NCBI GenBank assembly: GCA_001179505.1
Contig: CDMY01000542.1
Coordinates: forward strand, 1 to 64,000
Direction of reading: 5' to 3'
Source: Vitrella brassicaformis CCMP3155
Taxonomy: Eukaryota; Protista; Chromerida
Length of the DNA stretch: 64,000 nt
Of this stretch, positions 24,116-36,496 are shown piece after piece; within the stretch, counting starts at the first letter, position 1, and each line of letters opens with the position of its first letter. Below the pieces are notes generated by a model that did no database searches, was not told the origin of the DNA, and saw only the letters and a program-made list of their open reading frames with translations. Made by a program: the position numbers and the translations under genes.

Positions 24116-26723
24116 ATGACTTTCAGCACCTCCAGCACGAGAGACAGCGTCGCATCAAGTCCGAAAGGGCAGCAGGCAAGCAACAGATGCACCACAGTGT
24201 GGGGCACACGGGGAGAAAGAGACGGCTGAAATGAGGCCAACAAACGTCATTCTGGGCCTGGCTCTTTCTGCTGATGCAGGTGCGAATTGACCGTTCCTGC
24301 TTAGAAGGCCTGGAGGGTCCGCTGGTAGGGCGCCTCGGCTCGCTGATCAGCACCAGAGAGGCGGCACCCCTGTCTGGCGTGAGTAAGGAGCTCTACGGCA
24401 AGGTGAATGACGGCACCTATGGGATTTGGCGTTGGCTGGTCATCCGGGACGGCGAGAACATATGGCAGGACCTCGGGGCCATGAAGTACTCGTCCAAGGA
24501 CATCAAAGCCGAGAGCAGAAAGCGCAAGGCAGAATATCTCAAGGCCAGACTGGTCAGCCATTCAGCCAGCTAGCCACTCGAGGACAAATGGTGCGTGCAG
24601 AGTGATTGCCCGTCTGCCTGTGTGTGTGTGTTCAGAGGAAGATCAAGGTGTGCCACGTGTCGACGAGCCACGGCGATGCCGTGACCTTCATCGCAGAGTG
24701 TCTGGAGGCGTCCAAGGGCACACTGACACACATGACGCTCGTCGGCCCCGACCAGACATTCTCCGTCTGCCGCTCGCGGCCCGACCCCGTGGTTTTCGAG
24801 CGGCTGACCAGCATCAGCGTGTCTTCACCCACATGGATGCTGCTCATGTGGACATACAAATGGTACGGATGGGAAGTGTACATGGCCGGACACCCAGCCA
24901 TTGAAACAGAGAGAGGTTGTCACATGTATGTTTTCTTTCTCTGGTGCACTCACTGCAGGGAGCTGCCCAAGGTGACAGTGCTCAGCCTGGGGCCCGTGAG
25001 CCGACACACGTCGGTCTCGACCGTCTCGCTGTCGCACATCCTCCAGACCTGCCCCCTGCTCCAGGAGCTCCGGGCAAAGGAGCTGGTGCTCTACGACACG
25101 GACTACTGGAAGAACGTCTGCCTCAACGGACTCAGCAAGTGCCCACAGTTGCGGGTCATCACCGGACTCTGCGTCAAGTTCTTCGATTTTGCTCCCCTTC
25201 GCTACCTCATCGAGGCACTCGACCCCCACTGGAGCCGCCACGACATGAAGGGTGGGTGGCACACACATACCAGGGGAGAGGGGAGGATGCACTGCACCTC
25301 GTCTCGTCCACCTGTGTGTGTGGTCACTCACTGCATTCATTGCATGTCTGTCTGTCTGCAGGCGTGCCAAAGAAGATCCAGATTCGCTACTGCATGCAGA
25401 TAGGGACAGATTTCGGCAAGGAGGTCCTCACGCGCAGCAAGGGGCCCAACCCCATATCGATGCCCGATTTCATCGCATGGGCGGGCCGCCTTGGCTGCCA
25501 CATCGACTGGACGCCATGGTTCATGGAAGATACTCTGTACGTGCACCACAAACAGGCACAAGGCCAAACGGGACGTGCCTGCGACTGCATGGCATGCAGC
25601 CACGCATGACACTGTCTGTCGTCTTGTGGTGTGGTGCGCATGGCATGCAGGTATGATGTTTCTCTAGAGTGCAGCAACAAGGTGCCCACGGCCCCTCCCG
25701 CAGTGCGCGGCCCCATCGCAGACGTCGTCAGAACACTCACCAACAAGTCGCACGCAGTAAGGGCAATGCGAAGACGCATCGCCACAAAGTGTCTTGATGC
25801 TGTGCATCGGGTGCGTGTGTGTGGTGTGGTATGGTGTGGTCCATCAGGTGCAGCTGTCGATTGGCGGCACAGCGCTCGACGTGAGCTGGAAGGACAAGTT
25901 GGTGTTCCCCCGTGCCAAGAACCTGCGCATGTATCAGTTCGGCGAGTCCATCCCGGTGGCCGAGGCCATCAAGTCGATACCCGACTGGCTGATCGAGACA
26001 GAGGAGGACGGCTCCAACGCACACATGCCCGCCATGGAGACCTTCTTCGGTTTGTGTGTCTGTCTGCATGGGAGAGCGATTCCTCCCCCACTGTGTGTGT
26101 TCCCCACTGCAGGTACCATCGGCTTCATCTTCTCACATCAGACGAGCCACCGCCCGTCGGCTGACCTGCCGGCCGCCCCCAACAAGCTGTCTCAGCTTAT
26201 CGGAGGGTTCCGTCGCCTCCGGGCGGTGCTGCTGGTGTCGTCATCGCTCAACACCATCCTCGACTTCGTCTCATACATGAAAGCCCCGCACGTCGATGAG
26301 GTCGGCCCAACCAAACAGACACAAAGCTGCTGATATGGCTGCATCAGCGTGCGTGTCGTGTGTCTGTGTCAGGTCGAGTGTGAGCTGGCCGCCCACGTGA
26401 CGGAGTTGCCCGAGACCCTGCCCACAGACAAGGTCTTCCCGTCGGTGCAGCGGTTCGGGCTGCGGTCATTCCGGGCGATAAGCCGGTCGTGTGCGCTGTC
26501 GTGTGCGCGGCTGATAGCGGCCATCGCGGCGGCGGAGGCCACGTTTGAGGTGTGGATCGAGCAGAACGAGTTCCAGGACGGCCCGCGTGACGTGGGCATG
26601 CGGGCGCTGTGCTACGAGTGCATAGAGGTGGTGCAGGGCGTGTATGACGTCACACACACACGGTCGTCGCCAAACATCGGGATAAGGCTCAAGAGGAAGA
26701 AGCCAACGGACGAGATGAAGTGA
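24116..26723 (+). CDS. F-box-like/LRR-like protein, paralogue of the 1500-4920 gene; multi-exon
   Basis: CLEGLEGPLVGRLGSLISTREAAPLSGVSKELYGKVNDGTYGIWRWLVI aligns with the F-box-like segment of the 1500-4920 gene. LRR-like ILQTCPLLQELRA and LSKCPQLRVITGL. First exon inferred via a GC-AG donor at 24176. Confidence 0.72.
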
Positions 26724-27249
26724 GAGATATGGCTAAATCGGGAGGGGGGACCCAGGGGCAGTTCTGTGAGTGGTTTTCTTTGTGTGGATTGTTCTGTTGT
26801 GGATAAGTGACACGGGGACCGCTGCGTCCGTGTGTGTTTGCGAAAGCTCCGCCCAGCTGGCGGGTCTGTCTGTCTGTCTGTCTGTCTGGATAATCTGGAT
26901 AAATGGGTAATCATGGGACGGGCCATGTTTTTTCCGGCTCCGTTGGTCCATTAATTCACGCGTGCATGCGGTTGACACACAGCTGCAGCGTATCGACACA
27001 TCCGTGCCGAAGATGGATAAGATTGAGTAAAGTGACTAAGAGGCAGGGAGAGAGGGCAGAGGGGAGAGGTTTGCTGTGGAGTGTCCTGTTGTGGATACAT
27101 GAGTAATGTGTGTGTGCGGGCATCCAGGCAGCAAAGGGCGGCGCACGCGGACAGGGATGGGTGGAGAGAGATGAGGGTCGCGCGTAGTGTCATACTTTCC
27201 TGCCTCGGTCGGTCGCGTCTGGTTTTGTCGGCAGGCGGTGCCTTTCTCA

Positions 27250-27700
27250 CTGACTACCTGGCAGTTGTCATGGAGTTCTGATGTGTTGTTTGCTGCGCTG
27301 CTTCATGTGACGTCCGTGATGTCGTGGGTGTGCAACCTGCCGGCTCTTCGGTTGTGTGCACCCCCACGTCAGAACAGGTGTCACATGAAGCAGACAGTGA
27401 GTGACAAACAGTGAACACAAGTGCTGCATTCAGCATGGTTGTGGTCCTGGTGACGGAAGGAAGTCTGCGCAGCTCTGTTCTCAGGTCCGAAGCGAAGGTG
27501 ATGCCGAACCTGCGCTTCTTACCTGACGCCAGGCAGCGCAGACACCTTCTGTGCCAGCCAGGCGGGATCTGAATACGATGGTGCATGTAGCAGCTCAATT
27601 CGCAATGCGTTTCAGCCGCCTGCAGTGAATTCGACATGCAGCTCGACGTACAGGAGGTGTCGTGGGATGCTATGAATTCGATCCGCTGCAAGCTTGGCAT
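27250..27700 (-). CDS. Possible small hypothetical gene divergent from the dioxygenase
   Basis: Non-repetitive open frame MPSLQRIEFIASHD...HRRCLRCLASGKKRRFGITFASDLRTELRRL, head-to-head with 27761. No recognisable domain. Confidence 0.25.
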
Positions 27701-27760
27701 TGAAGCTTGATCTTCTCCTCCCCGTCGCTTCTCTAATGCTCCTCCGTCCCAGATCGCTTC

Positions 27761-28726
27761 ATGGCATTGCTCACCTTCGAAGATCTGGCTGCCCTGGACG
27801 CCGGTGACGCCCAAGTAGCACAGTTCAAGGAGGACTATCGCCGCCAGGGATACTGCTGGTACGCCCAGACACACACACTCGTGTGTCATAGGCACAGTGA
27901 CTGTCTTCTTGTGCGCTTCCCTTTTCTTATCAGGCTGCCTTCATTCGTGTCATCGGACGTCGTCCAGCAACTGCAATGCGAGGCTGCACGGCTATTTGAG
28001 GCCTCAGCGGACAACTCGTTCCGCAGCACCGAGGACCACACAATCACTCTCGACTCGCCCTCGGCACACACAGACACAGCAACAACACAGCAGTCGTCGA
28101 AGTGCCTCATCGCGCAAGACCGACTGCCGACCGAATCGCAGCTGCTGAGGCTCTTCCGCTCACCGGGCCTGATCCGGCTGCTCTCACTCATCATAGACCG
28201 ACCTGTCTATTGCTCTGACGACCCTCTCGGTGGCGTCTACTACAACGTGTTTGAAGAAGGGGACGCCCTCGGTTGGCACTTCGACCGGTCGCCGTTCTTC
28301 GTCAACCTGCTTGTGTCGCTGCCGTCGGAGGGCGGTGGCGGGCAGTTTGAGTTCTTTGCCGATGGACGACCACAGCAGGAGGATGCCGACTCAGATGATG
28401 TGCTGCCGCCTGTTTATGAGGCGGGGGTGGCGCGTGTGGCGAGGGGTGAGGATGTGTCGAAGGTGGTGCGGCCGCCGCTGGCCGAGGGAGGCATCATCAT
28501 ATTCCAGGGGAGGAGATACATGCACAGGTGGGCGAGCAAACAACAGACACACAGAGAGGGGGAGGGAGAGGGGGAGGGAGAGAGAGCGGCCACTCATGTT
28601 TGTGTGTTTAGGGTGACTCCTGTGGTTGGTGCTGGCGAGAGGCGGATCAACGCCATCCTGACCTATGCGGATGCGCCTGGCTTTGTGCTCAACACATACA
28701 CGAGGCAGACATTCTTCGGCCGATAG
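27761..28726 (+). CDS. 2OG-Fe(II) dioxygenase, HalD/BesD-like (ArpA-like) family, HxD hydroxylase-type; 3 exons
   Basis: GYCW|LPSFVSSDVVQQLQCEAARL; YNVFEEGDALGWHFDRSPFFVNLL...GGQFEF; GGIIIFQGRRYMHR|VTPVVGAGERRINAILTY...FFGR*. This gives the HxD...H triad plus the 2OG-binding Arg. Confidence 0.85.
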   Translation: MALLTFEDLAALDAGDAQVAQFKEDYRRQGYCWYAQTHTLVCHRHSDCLLVRFPFLIRLPSFVSSDVVQQLQCEAARLFEASADNSFRSTEDHTITLDSPSAHTDTATTQQSSKCLIAQDRLPTESQLLRLFRSPGLIRLLSLIIDRPVYCSDDPLGGVYYNVFEEGDALGWHFDRSPFFVNLLVSLPSEGGGGQFEFFADGRPQQEDADSDDVLPPVYEAGVARVARGEDVSKVVRPPLAEGGIIIFQGRRYMHRWASKQQTHREGEGEGEGERAATHVCVFRVTPVVGAGERRINAILTYADAPGFVLNTYTRQTFFGR

Positions 28727-28844
28727 ACAGACAAATCAACCGTGTGCCCATTCTGTGTACTGCTGGACGCACAATGACGAGAGCTGCCTTCATGTGGTGG
28801 TAAAGATAGATGGCATTTGACCCACGAAACGCAGGAAGGTCAGG

Positions 28845-30116
28845 TCAGCAGTCCCCACAAACATGGAAGCCCACACACGCCCCAATTGATCTAGTGTTTA
28901 TAATAGTATGATACGGCACGCTGCTGCTGTTCGACTCCACCGCAGGTTTCTGATACTGAGACAGCCCCCTGGTCACCGCACACTCACCATCGTAGTGATT
29001 GTTGCCCCTCAACACAGCAGAGAAATCCTCATGGGACATCACACGGCGAGACGCACCTCGCAGGGCAGACAGCGGCGCCCTTTCGACTGCCTTCGTGGTG
29101 CTGTCACTCAGAGACGGCCGTCTCATGAAATGGGAGTGCTGCACGCCCGTGCCTGCGTAGACGACATGGGGATTCACACGCGCCTTTCTTGTGGCTGCGT
29201 AATATCGTCTCGGGTATGGATCGACGCACGGCGAGGCAACAGCAGCCGTGGACGGCCGCTTGGTCGCCTCCTTCTCAGCCTCGGCGCCGGCAGGCTGCTG
29301 TTGCGGCTGACCCTGGGTCGACGGCCGCACTTGAGCTGCTTCATCCTCAGTCTTCTCTTCAACTTTACTTTCCCTGAGGCTCGTGTACTCGTTCCTCGCA
29401 ATCAAGCGGACTGACGTCCCCGGCGGGGCAATAGAGGGCCGACCGACACAGGCAGGCACATGTGGAGACCAGAAGATGCCGTCCCTCTGCTGCTTGATGT
29501 GACGCGACCAGGGAGACCAGCTCTCCACCGTGTGTCGCCTTGCCGCCCCGGCGGGCGCTGTGCGGGGGGGCTGGTAAGCAGTGAAACTCGGGGCAGTCGT
29601 GGCGGCTGGTGGCATCCAGACGGCTGCAGGCTTGCCGGCAGCATGCCTCTTGGTGGTGCAGAGGAAGTGGTACCGAGATGGGCTCAGCAAAGAGGCTTTC
29701 AGCCTGTGAGCCTCCGTCTCAGCCTGCATGGATGTAGGGAGAGCACACAGATCATGTCACTCATTTGTGTCGTGTGGTGCTGGCTTACATAGCTCATTAG
29801 CGGAGGTTTGAGGACGTGCTGCGTTTGTTCATGGCCCCCAGCGGGGATGCGCCGCCTCTTCTGGATGAACCTCTTGTCGAAGGGGTTGCCATCGTCGCTT
29901 GCGCGCAGCATGGGGAAGTAGGGGTCGCATCTGCAGACGTGTCATCCCCCATGTAAGGATGCATTGCCCCTCTGCTACCTATGCCATGGCACGTGCTCAC
30001 CTTTGGCGTGCCGGGTTTATGATGTCAAATTGAACGCCGGACAGGCGTGACGCCACTGCCTTCTGGCCAGCCGTCCCTCGCTGCTTCCCACACTCGTACA
30101 GGTTTACACTCTCCAT
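28845..30116 (-). CDS. Hypothetical basic, Pro/Ser-rich protein; 3 or more exons
   Basis: MESVNLYECGKQRG...FDIINPARQR|CDPYFPMLRASDDGNPFDKRFIQKRRR...|QAETEAHRLK... joined by canonical introns into ORF 28845-29729. Confidence 0.65.
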
Positions 30117-30374
30117 CGCCTCAACACCGAGCCCCACGTGAAGGAACACCGAGCTCTCAAGTGGGGATGAATTGAAGTGATCAGCTGAGAGCCGCCTGCC
30201 ACGAAAACCTCGGAACAGAGGGAGTTTTTGCAAAGGGGGAGAAGGGAGAAAACGCTGCGAGCTACTAATCTTGCGAGGTGCGGGGTGGAGCGGAAAAGAT
30301 GTCGATGCCACAGTCAGCCCGGACCTCTCACGGTCAGCAATCAGCACGGAGAGGCGCCAAAAGGGTAAGAACGA

Positions 30375-33300
30375 ATGGAACAAGGAGGCAGCATGGTGAA
30401 TGCTGACCTCTCTTTGCTTGTCGGTGTGCAGTCGGCTCCGCGAGCACAGAGTGCACCGGGCAGCCCTCCCGGTGAGGCGGGGCTGAGTGAGTCGCAGGGG
30501 CTGTCGACCAATCGGTCCAAGAAGGCACAGCTGGCACTCTCACTCAACCCGGCATCGCTTAATCAGTTCAATGCCGTCCTCGAGAGGACTGTCCAGCAAT
30601 ATGGCGGGGTAAGTGGGGGGTGGACAAGGGGCGGAACATGCAAATGATCTGTGTGTGGATGTCCGTTGACGGTCGTGTTCTTTCGTGCAGAATGAGATGG
30701 CGGCGGTGGATGACGTGCGTACGATCCTGGCGACGATGCGGAAGCAGTTCGACGAGATTCACCTCATGTGCCAAAACAGAGAGGCAGAGTTCCTCACACT
30801 CAGAGTCAGCCAGCGAGACACACACCGCCGCGACCACAACGCAATCAATTCAATCATCGTCTGTATGAGTGCAAGTATGTCGTGTCTCCTTTGCTGCCGC
30901 CGATGTGTGCTGCTGGCTGGCAGGAGGGCGTCCGGCAGGCGGAGACGGCCAACCTCACCAAACAGACGAGCTTGCAGAAAGTCGAGGAGGTACCGCATAA
31001 AGCAATTGGCTGCTGCCGTCGTTCTCTTCTGCCGTTCCACGTGGGTGTTGTTATGTGTGGTTAGCGTCATGGTGCGCTGGATGACGAGATGACCCAAGTG
31101 CAGATGGCGACTGACGAGGCCGTCATGAACAAGAAAGTCTATACACACATACTCGAACGCACTAAGGTCACCATGACGAGGAAGAGACCACACAACCCTC
31201 GAACTTCCTGCACACACTCGCAATCCCTTCTGTGTTTCTTTCTTTGTGTGTGTGTGCTCAGAAGGAGATCGACATTTTGCGTCAGCGTCAGATGAAGTTG
31301 GAGGCCCTGCTGGGGAGAAAGAATGGCCAAGTCAGGGACCAAGTGCGGTCGCTGCAGTAAGCGAAGCGCGGCAACACACCGGCGCACCGCACCCCACACG
31401 CACTTTGTCTCATATCGCTTGATCAGGAAGCAGCAGCAGCTGAAGGAGAAGAGCTCACAGGAGCTGCTGCAGCTGGATTTCGTAATATATGGAGGCATGG
31501 CAATAAGTGCATGAGTGCATCGACCGAGCCTCCGTTGGTCGTCTCTCTCTTCAGGAGATCGGTGCCGAGCGCAATTTGCGTGACCAGTCGCTATCGAGCA
31601 TCCAGGAGGCCATACAGGGCAAGAAGGACTCTATCAGAAGACGGTCAGTGCCGCACACACACCCACGCATATGCGGCCGGCTGGCATGAGCCCCCTACAT
31701 ACGTATGTCTTCATGCAGTCGTGACTTCGACAAGTGGCGCCACCAGATCGCTCTGCAGGCGGCCACTGAGGCCTTCAACGCCTCGGCGGGCAAATTGCGG
31801 AAGCTGTACGCCTTCGAGAAGCTCATGGGCAACGCCCTGCAGCGAATCATATACGCGCAGGTATGCGTGTTTTCGTGCCGGAGTGTGTGTGTGTGTCTCG
31901 CTCCGACCTGACTTGGCGTGCAGGTGGAGCGCTCGCAGGCCACCGAGGAGGGCTTCCAAAAGATACGCGAAGTCACGGTGGGTGGGCAAAATAACAGTGG
32001 CCGTTGGATGCAAGTGTGCTGTGGGTGCATTGGTGTGTGTGTTTGCTCAGGGTTTGACTGATGTCGACGCCATAGTTCAGAAGTTTCTGAATCGTGACGT
32101 GGAGGAGCAGCACCTGAGGGAGTCGGTGCGGGAGGCGGAGGCCAAACTAGAGGTATGTGCGCAGGCCCGTCAAATGTGACAATGAGCTACATGTGTCTCC
32201 TCGCGTGCGTGACTCGTCTTGCAGATGATGAAAGGTCGATTTGCTGAGGTCAAGGCTCGCACGGACGGCATGACATTCGACACCGACGGCAGCAAGACAC
32301 GGGAGTTGTACGTGGTCAGTTGGGGGGTATGAGAGCCGAAACGGACAAAGGGTCAGCCATTGGTATGATTGTGCATCTGTGGTGGCAGGAGGTGGAGGAG
32401 TGCGACAATGAGCTCAAGAAAGCCCTCAAACACCACACGCAAAAGTACGGGTGCAGACAGGAAGACAAATAGGGCACTTTATTACTCTCTTGTGTCTGTT
32501 TGTGCAGCCGTGACAAGCTGCAGCGTACGACAGTTCAGCTGGACCAGACTCGCAGGTGGATACTTCGAATCAACCGATTCCTGCACGCCATTGGGCTAGA
32601 GGTACTGTGTCCTGCCGACAAACGCATGCCAATGTCGTCCGGGCCCCGCTTGATGTTTCCTGTCGATGCATTCATTATAACAGGAGCCGCAGACGATCGA
32701 TTCCTTCGAGAAGGTCCCGTCCTACCTTGAGAGCCTCGAGGCACCGCTGCAGCAGCTCAACGCCATGGCGAAGAAACACGTAAGCGTCGCTCGTGGCTGG
32801 AGCAGCATTGTTCTACCATCCTTTCTCCGTGCGATTCCACAGGCCGCCGAGGGCAGGACCATCAAATCTCTGCCCGTGAGACGGCCGTCTTGAGTGCGCT
32901 TCCGTCTGTTTGGCATCTGTTGTCTTGTGTGTATTCTTGTGTGTCTCAATCAGTCTGGGATATTGGCAGAGGAGACCAAGTTCCTAAAAGACCCTAGCTT
33001 TGTGCGGTCCGTCTGCCGCGTCCCGTCGGCATCAGCGCGGACCTCTATCATGGGTGACCATCACACACGAGACACTTATGCATCTTCTCATGCATCTCGT
33101 TCTATGCAGCTCAAGCGGCAGGTGCGACAGACGAGGAAGCCATTATGGCAGAGCGAGAGCAGAAGAAACTCGACTCATCTCAAAAGGTATGTACGGGAGA
33201 GAAGAGCACGGACAGGCTGCGTCTTTTTGACGTGTATGTGTGTGCAGATCAATGAGGTGTTGCGCAAGACTCAAGGGAAGAAGGGCGACAGAAAGGGTGG

Positions 33301-33544
33301 ACGACAGAGCCCCACCGCAGCTGGAGGAACAGTCAAGCCACCATCACCGAAGGTACGGTCGATACCGACGAATGCATCCCCGACTATGTGCTTTGTCCGG
33401 CATGGCGCGTCTCCATGCAGTGAGGGAGTCGAGCCGGTGGATGAGTGGATGAATGCTCTGATATTTCCTCTCGTGCTTTGGCCTGCCTCTTTCAAGCCGG
33501 CGATCACCGCCGCGTGTACGTATCTATGTGTGTATGGATGCTGA
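30375..33544 (+). CDS. Coiled-coil protein resembling outer dynein arm docking complex subunits (ODA-DC1/DC2; CCDC151/CCDC114-like); many exons, 3' end approximate
   Basis: VERSQATEEGFQKIREVT|GLTDVDAIVQKFLNRDVEEQHLRESVREAEAKLE resembles the family motif EAFxKIKEATGxxDxxEIVxKF. Heptad-rich exons throughout. Confidence 0.7.
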
Positions 33545-33816
33545 CCTGAATGCGCTAATACATACGGAAAGAATCCTGACCTGCATGCTCAAATAGTAAT
33601 ATATTGCCTTGCCACGGCAGTCCACACACACACATGCACCACATGTCCTATTGATTGATCAGCTAACATGAATCAGGCATCTTCTCATAGGCCACCCTCT
33701 TATAGCTACAGCACTGCTCCGATGTGTCCAGGCACCCGTAGGCATGCACCCACTCGGGCATCTTCCCACTGCCCGGCATCCCCGTCCTTCCTAAGTGCTT
33801 CACTGCAACCATCCAT

Positions 33817-35058
33817 TCACCAGACCAACACAAAACAGATACAAAGTAAACAAAGGGTCGCCGTCTTACTGAATTCTATTGGGTCGATGGGAATCCGTGA
33901 CTCGGATGAGAGGGCGTAATTGTCGGCCGGCTGCAGCTCCTTCAGTTTTGGATCAGCAAGGAAGAAATAGTAGGGAAGCTGACGTGGAGACACACACACA
34001 CACGCACACACACACACACGTGTGCGACGGATGGGGCGGCTCGTTTCGTGCTTTGATATGGTTGATTCCCGCAGTTCCACCCTTTTAGGCTTTGGTGACA
34101 CTTCGGGGAACTGCATGCTGCCTGGTGAGACATAAGGGATACTCATACAACCCTTGAAACCACCCTGAAACGATACTATCTTGTCCTCCGGACATCCTGC
34201 AGGCATATTCCCTCAGTCAAAATTTGAGAGCGCGTCACGTCTCTCTCACCGCAGAACTTCGGTTTTTCTGCGTCGGGCTCTGCCTTTAAGTTGAGGCTCG
34301 TCTCGTCATCCGGTTCTGGGTTGGGCGGCGGCAGCTTCGTCTCGTGCAGCTGCAGGAAGCTTGCCGCCTTGGGCTTTGGCTGGGTCTCGTTGACCTGCTG
34401 CATCACATCACACGGCTCTGAACGCGCATGGCAGCCAACGATCATTGAACGATGGCAAAATGGGATCGTGCCGCCGTATCAATGCAGGTGCACCAACTCG
34501 CTTACGTCTCTGCGGCCGTCTGTTTGTGATGTCGGTTATCCACCAATGGACTTGAGGAATGTTGATCACATGGGGCTCGTCCGTCGTGAGCTCCATCGAC
34601 GCCACCTCCCCCTGGCTGGTCGGCATGCTGATGACTCCGGCCGGCCCAATGAGAACCAAATCCTCTCCATCCACGTCAACGAACTTCATCGTCTTGGTGA
34701 GGTCACCCATGACCATATCCTTCTTGAATCGGACCAGCGCGCCAGGGCTGTCAGGATCCACCAACTCGAAACGCGCCTCTGCAAAGTGGAAAGCGCACAC
34801 AAAACAGTACCGAACGCCTTTGCAATGAGATGTTCCTCGTGGCTCTCACGTCCGATATAGGGGTCGCTGATTGTGACAACCATCCATGGTACAAACGTGA
34901 GCTCAGCGGTGGCTCCCCTGTGCTGTGCTGTAGTAGCTGCCTGCATACCTGGTGCTTTCTGTAGTGAGGACACCATGGGCGTTGATGCGGCCAACGATGT
35001 GCATTCCTTCGACGCATGATGCGATGAAGAACAGGGCTACGAAGAGATGAATCTCCAT
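33817..35058 (-). CDS. Signal-peptide PEBP-like protein, divergent paralogue C
   Basis: MEIHLFVALFFIASCVEG signal peptide; LVDPDSPG; PQVHWWITDI; |GCPEDKIVSFQGGFKGCMSIPYVSPG; LPYYFFLAD in place of HRYxF. Confidence 0.6.
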
Positions 35059-35298
35059 CGGGAGGGAAGGGACAGGTCGACTCTGGGGCCGGGGGGCGCG
35101 ATCCTTCCCTTCACCCCCTTCCTCCGGAACTCGCTTTCATCGCAACCTTGTTCCTCTACCCTCAGAGCTCAAGTGAACACATGACGGCCCCGGAATGCAC
35201 TTTGCACTGTCTGTATCTGCGTGTTCGCTCCTCAGGTGTGCCCCTCTCATCGCAGCACTGCGACGGCAGTGACGCTTTCTCTCTTGCTTGATATTACC

Positions 35299-36334
35299 AT
35301 GCTTCGCGTTGCCCACCTTGCCTGCTGCTGCCTGCTCTTGGTGATGCTGCTGGGGCTTCACCAGAATGGCATTGCAGTCTCCTTCCATCGGAATCGCAAC
35401 GAAGCAGAGTCAAGAATTGATGTTCCAATCCATGAAGGTGCGCACCCAGATATCATTCACCGTCTTTGCTGTCATGGTCTTTTTCGTTCCCCCTTTCAGC
35501 CATTGCTGCCGCTCCAACCAGTGCCCCAGTGAATGTCTCATCTGAAAAGTCTGAGGCGGCTGGAACCACAGAAGAGGAGGAGGAGGCGCCGCCCAAGCCC
35601 CCACCGCCCGTCACGTTTCGGGAAGACTTCAAGCTCACGACGCCCAAGCTGAGGGACAGTGTGGCCGACAACATCATGCTCGAGACGGGGGCGGAGTTTG
35701 GCTACATCTTCATGATTGACCCTGACTATGTGAGTAGACAGGCAGATTGCTACCTGCGCTGATGATTGTGCCTTGCTTGTGCAGCCAAATGGGTGCCTTG
35801 GCGGTGCGTCGGGCAATCATGATGTGCTGCATTGGTGGCTGAGGGATGTCTTCCCAGGAGAGGCAGAGGGTGCGCGATGTATGAATGGCCATACAAAACG
35901 AATGAACCCAATGGATAACTTCTCTGGCTGTGCGTTGCAGCCTGTGCCGGCAACGCCGTGCATCTCAGCAACAACACGTGGCAAGCATGCGAGGAGGTCC
36001 CCTATAGACCGCCAACACCCGCACACGGCATGGTGAGACACGAAGCCCCTCCATCCAATGGCCATGCCTCTCTCTGATGGCCTTTCCCCTCAATCAGCAT
36101 CGATACGAGTTTTATTTCGTGGACCAAACTGAGAGAGCGAATCTGACGCTGGCGCTTGTAGGAGACATGGACGATCTGCACGATGTCAGCAAGACTCCCG
36201 CCCGCAGCGCCATCAAGGCTATCAGGAATGCGGCGGGGAAGAAGCCGGCCTTCACTTGTGGCTATGACAGGGAGAAAGGGGCCGAGAAATGTCAGGAGAA
36301 AGACACGCTGCCCAAGGGCTGCTTTGGTATCTGA
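35299..36334 (+). CDS. Signal-peptide PEBP (phosphatidylethanolamine-binding protein)-like protein, paralogue B
   Basis: MLRVAHLACCCLLLVMLLG signal peptide; FMIDPDY|PNGC...VLHWWLRDV...VPYRPPTPAHGM|HRYEFYFVDQ contains the PEBP DPDxP, HW, YxxPxP and GxHRY motifs. Confidence 0.82.
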
Positions 36335-36496
36335 AGGCCCGTGTCCATGGTGCATGGTGCATGTGTGTGTGCATGTGTCTCGTGACTGAGTGAGGGAATT
36401 CTGTCCTCTCCTTGATCGAAGCTGTACACCCACATACATAGGGCATTCACTCAAGCAAGGGCATAGGCCACAGTTCATCAATCAGTCCCTGATGCC

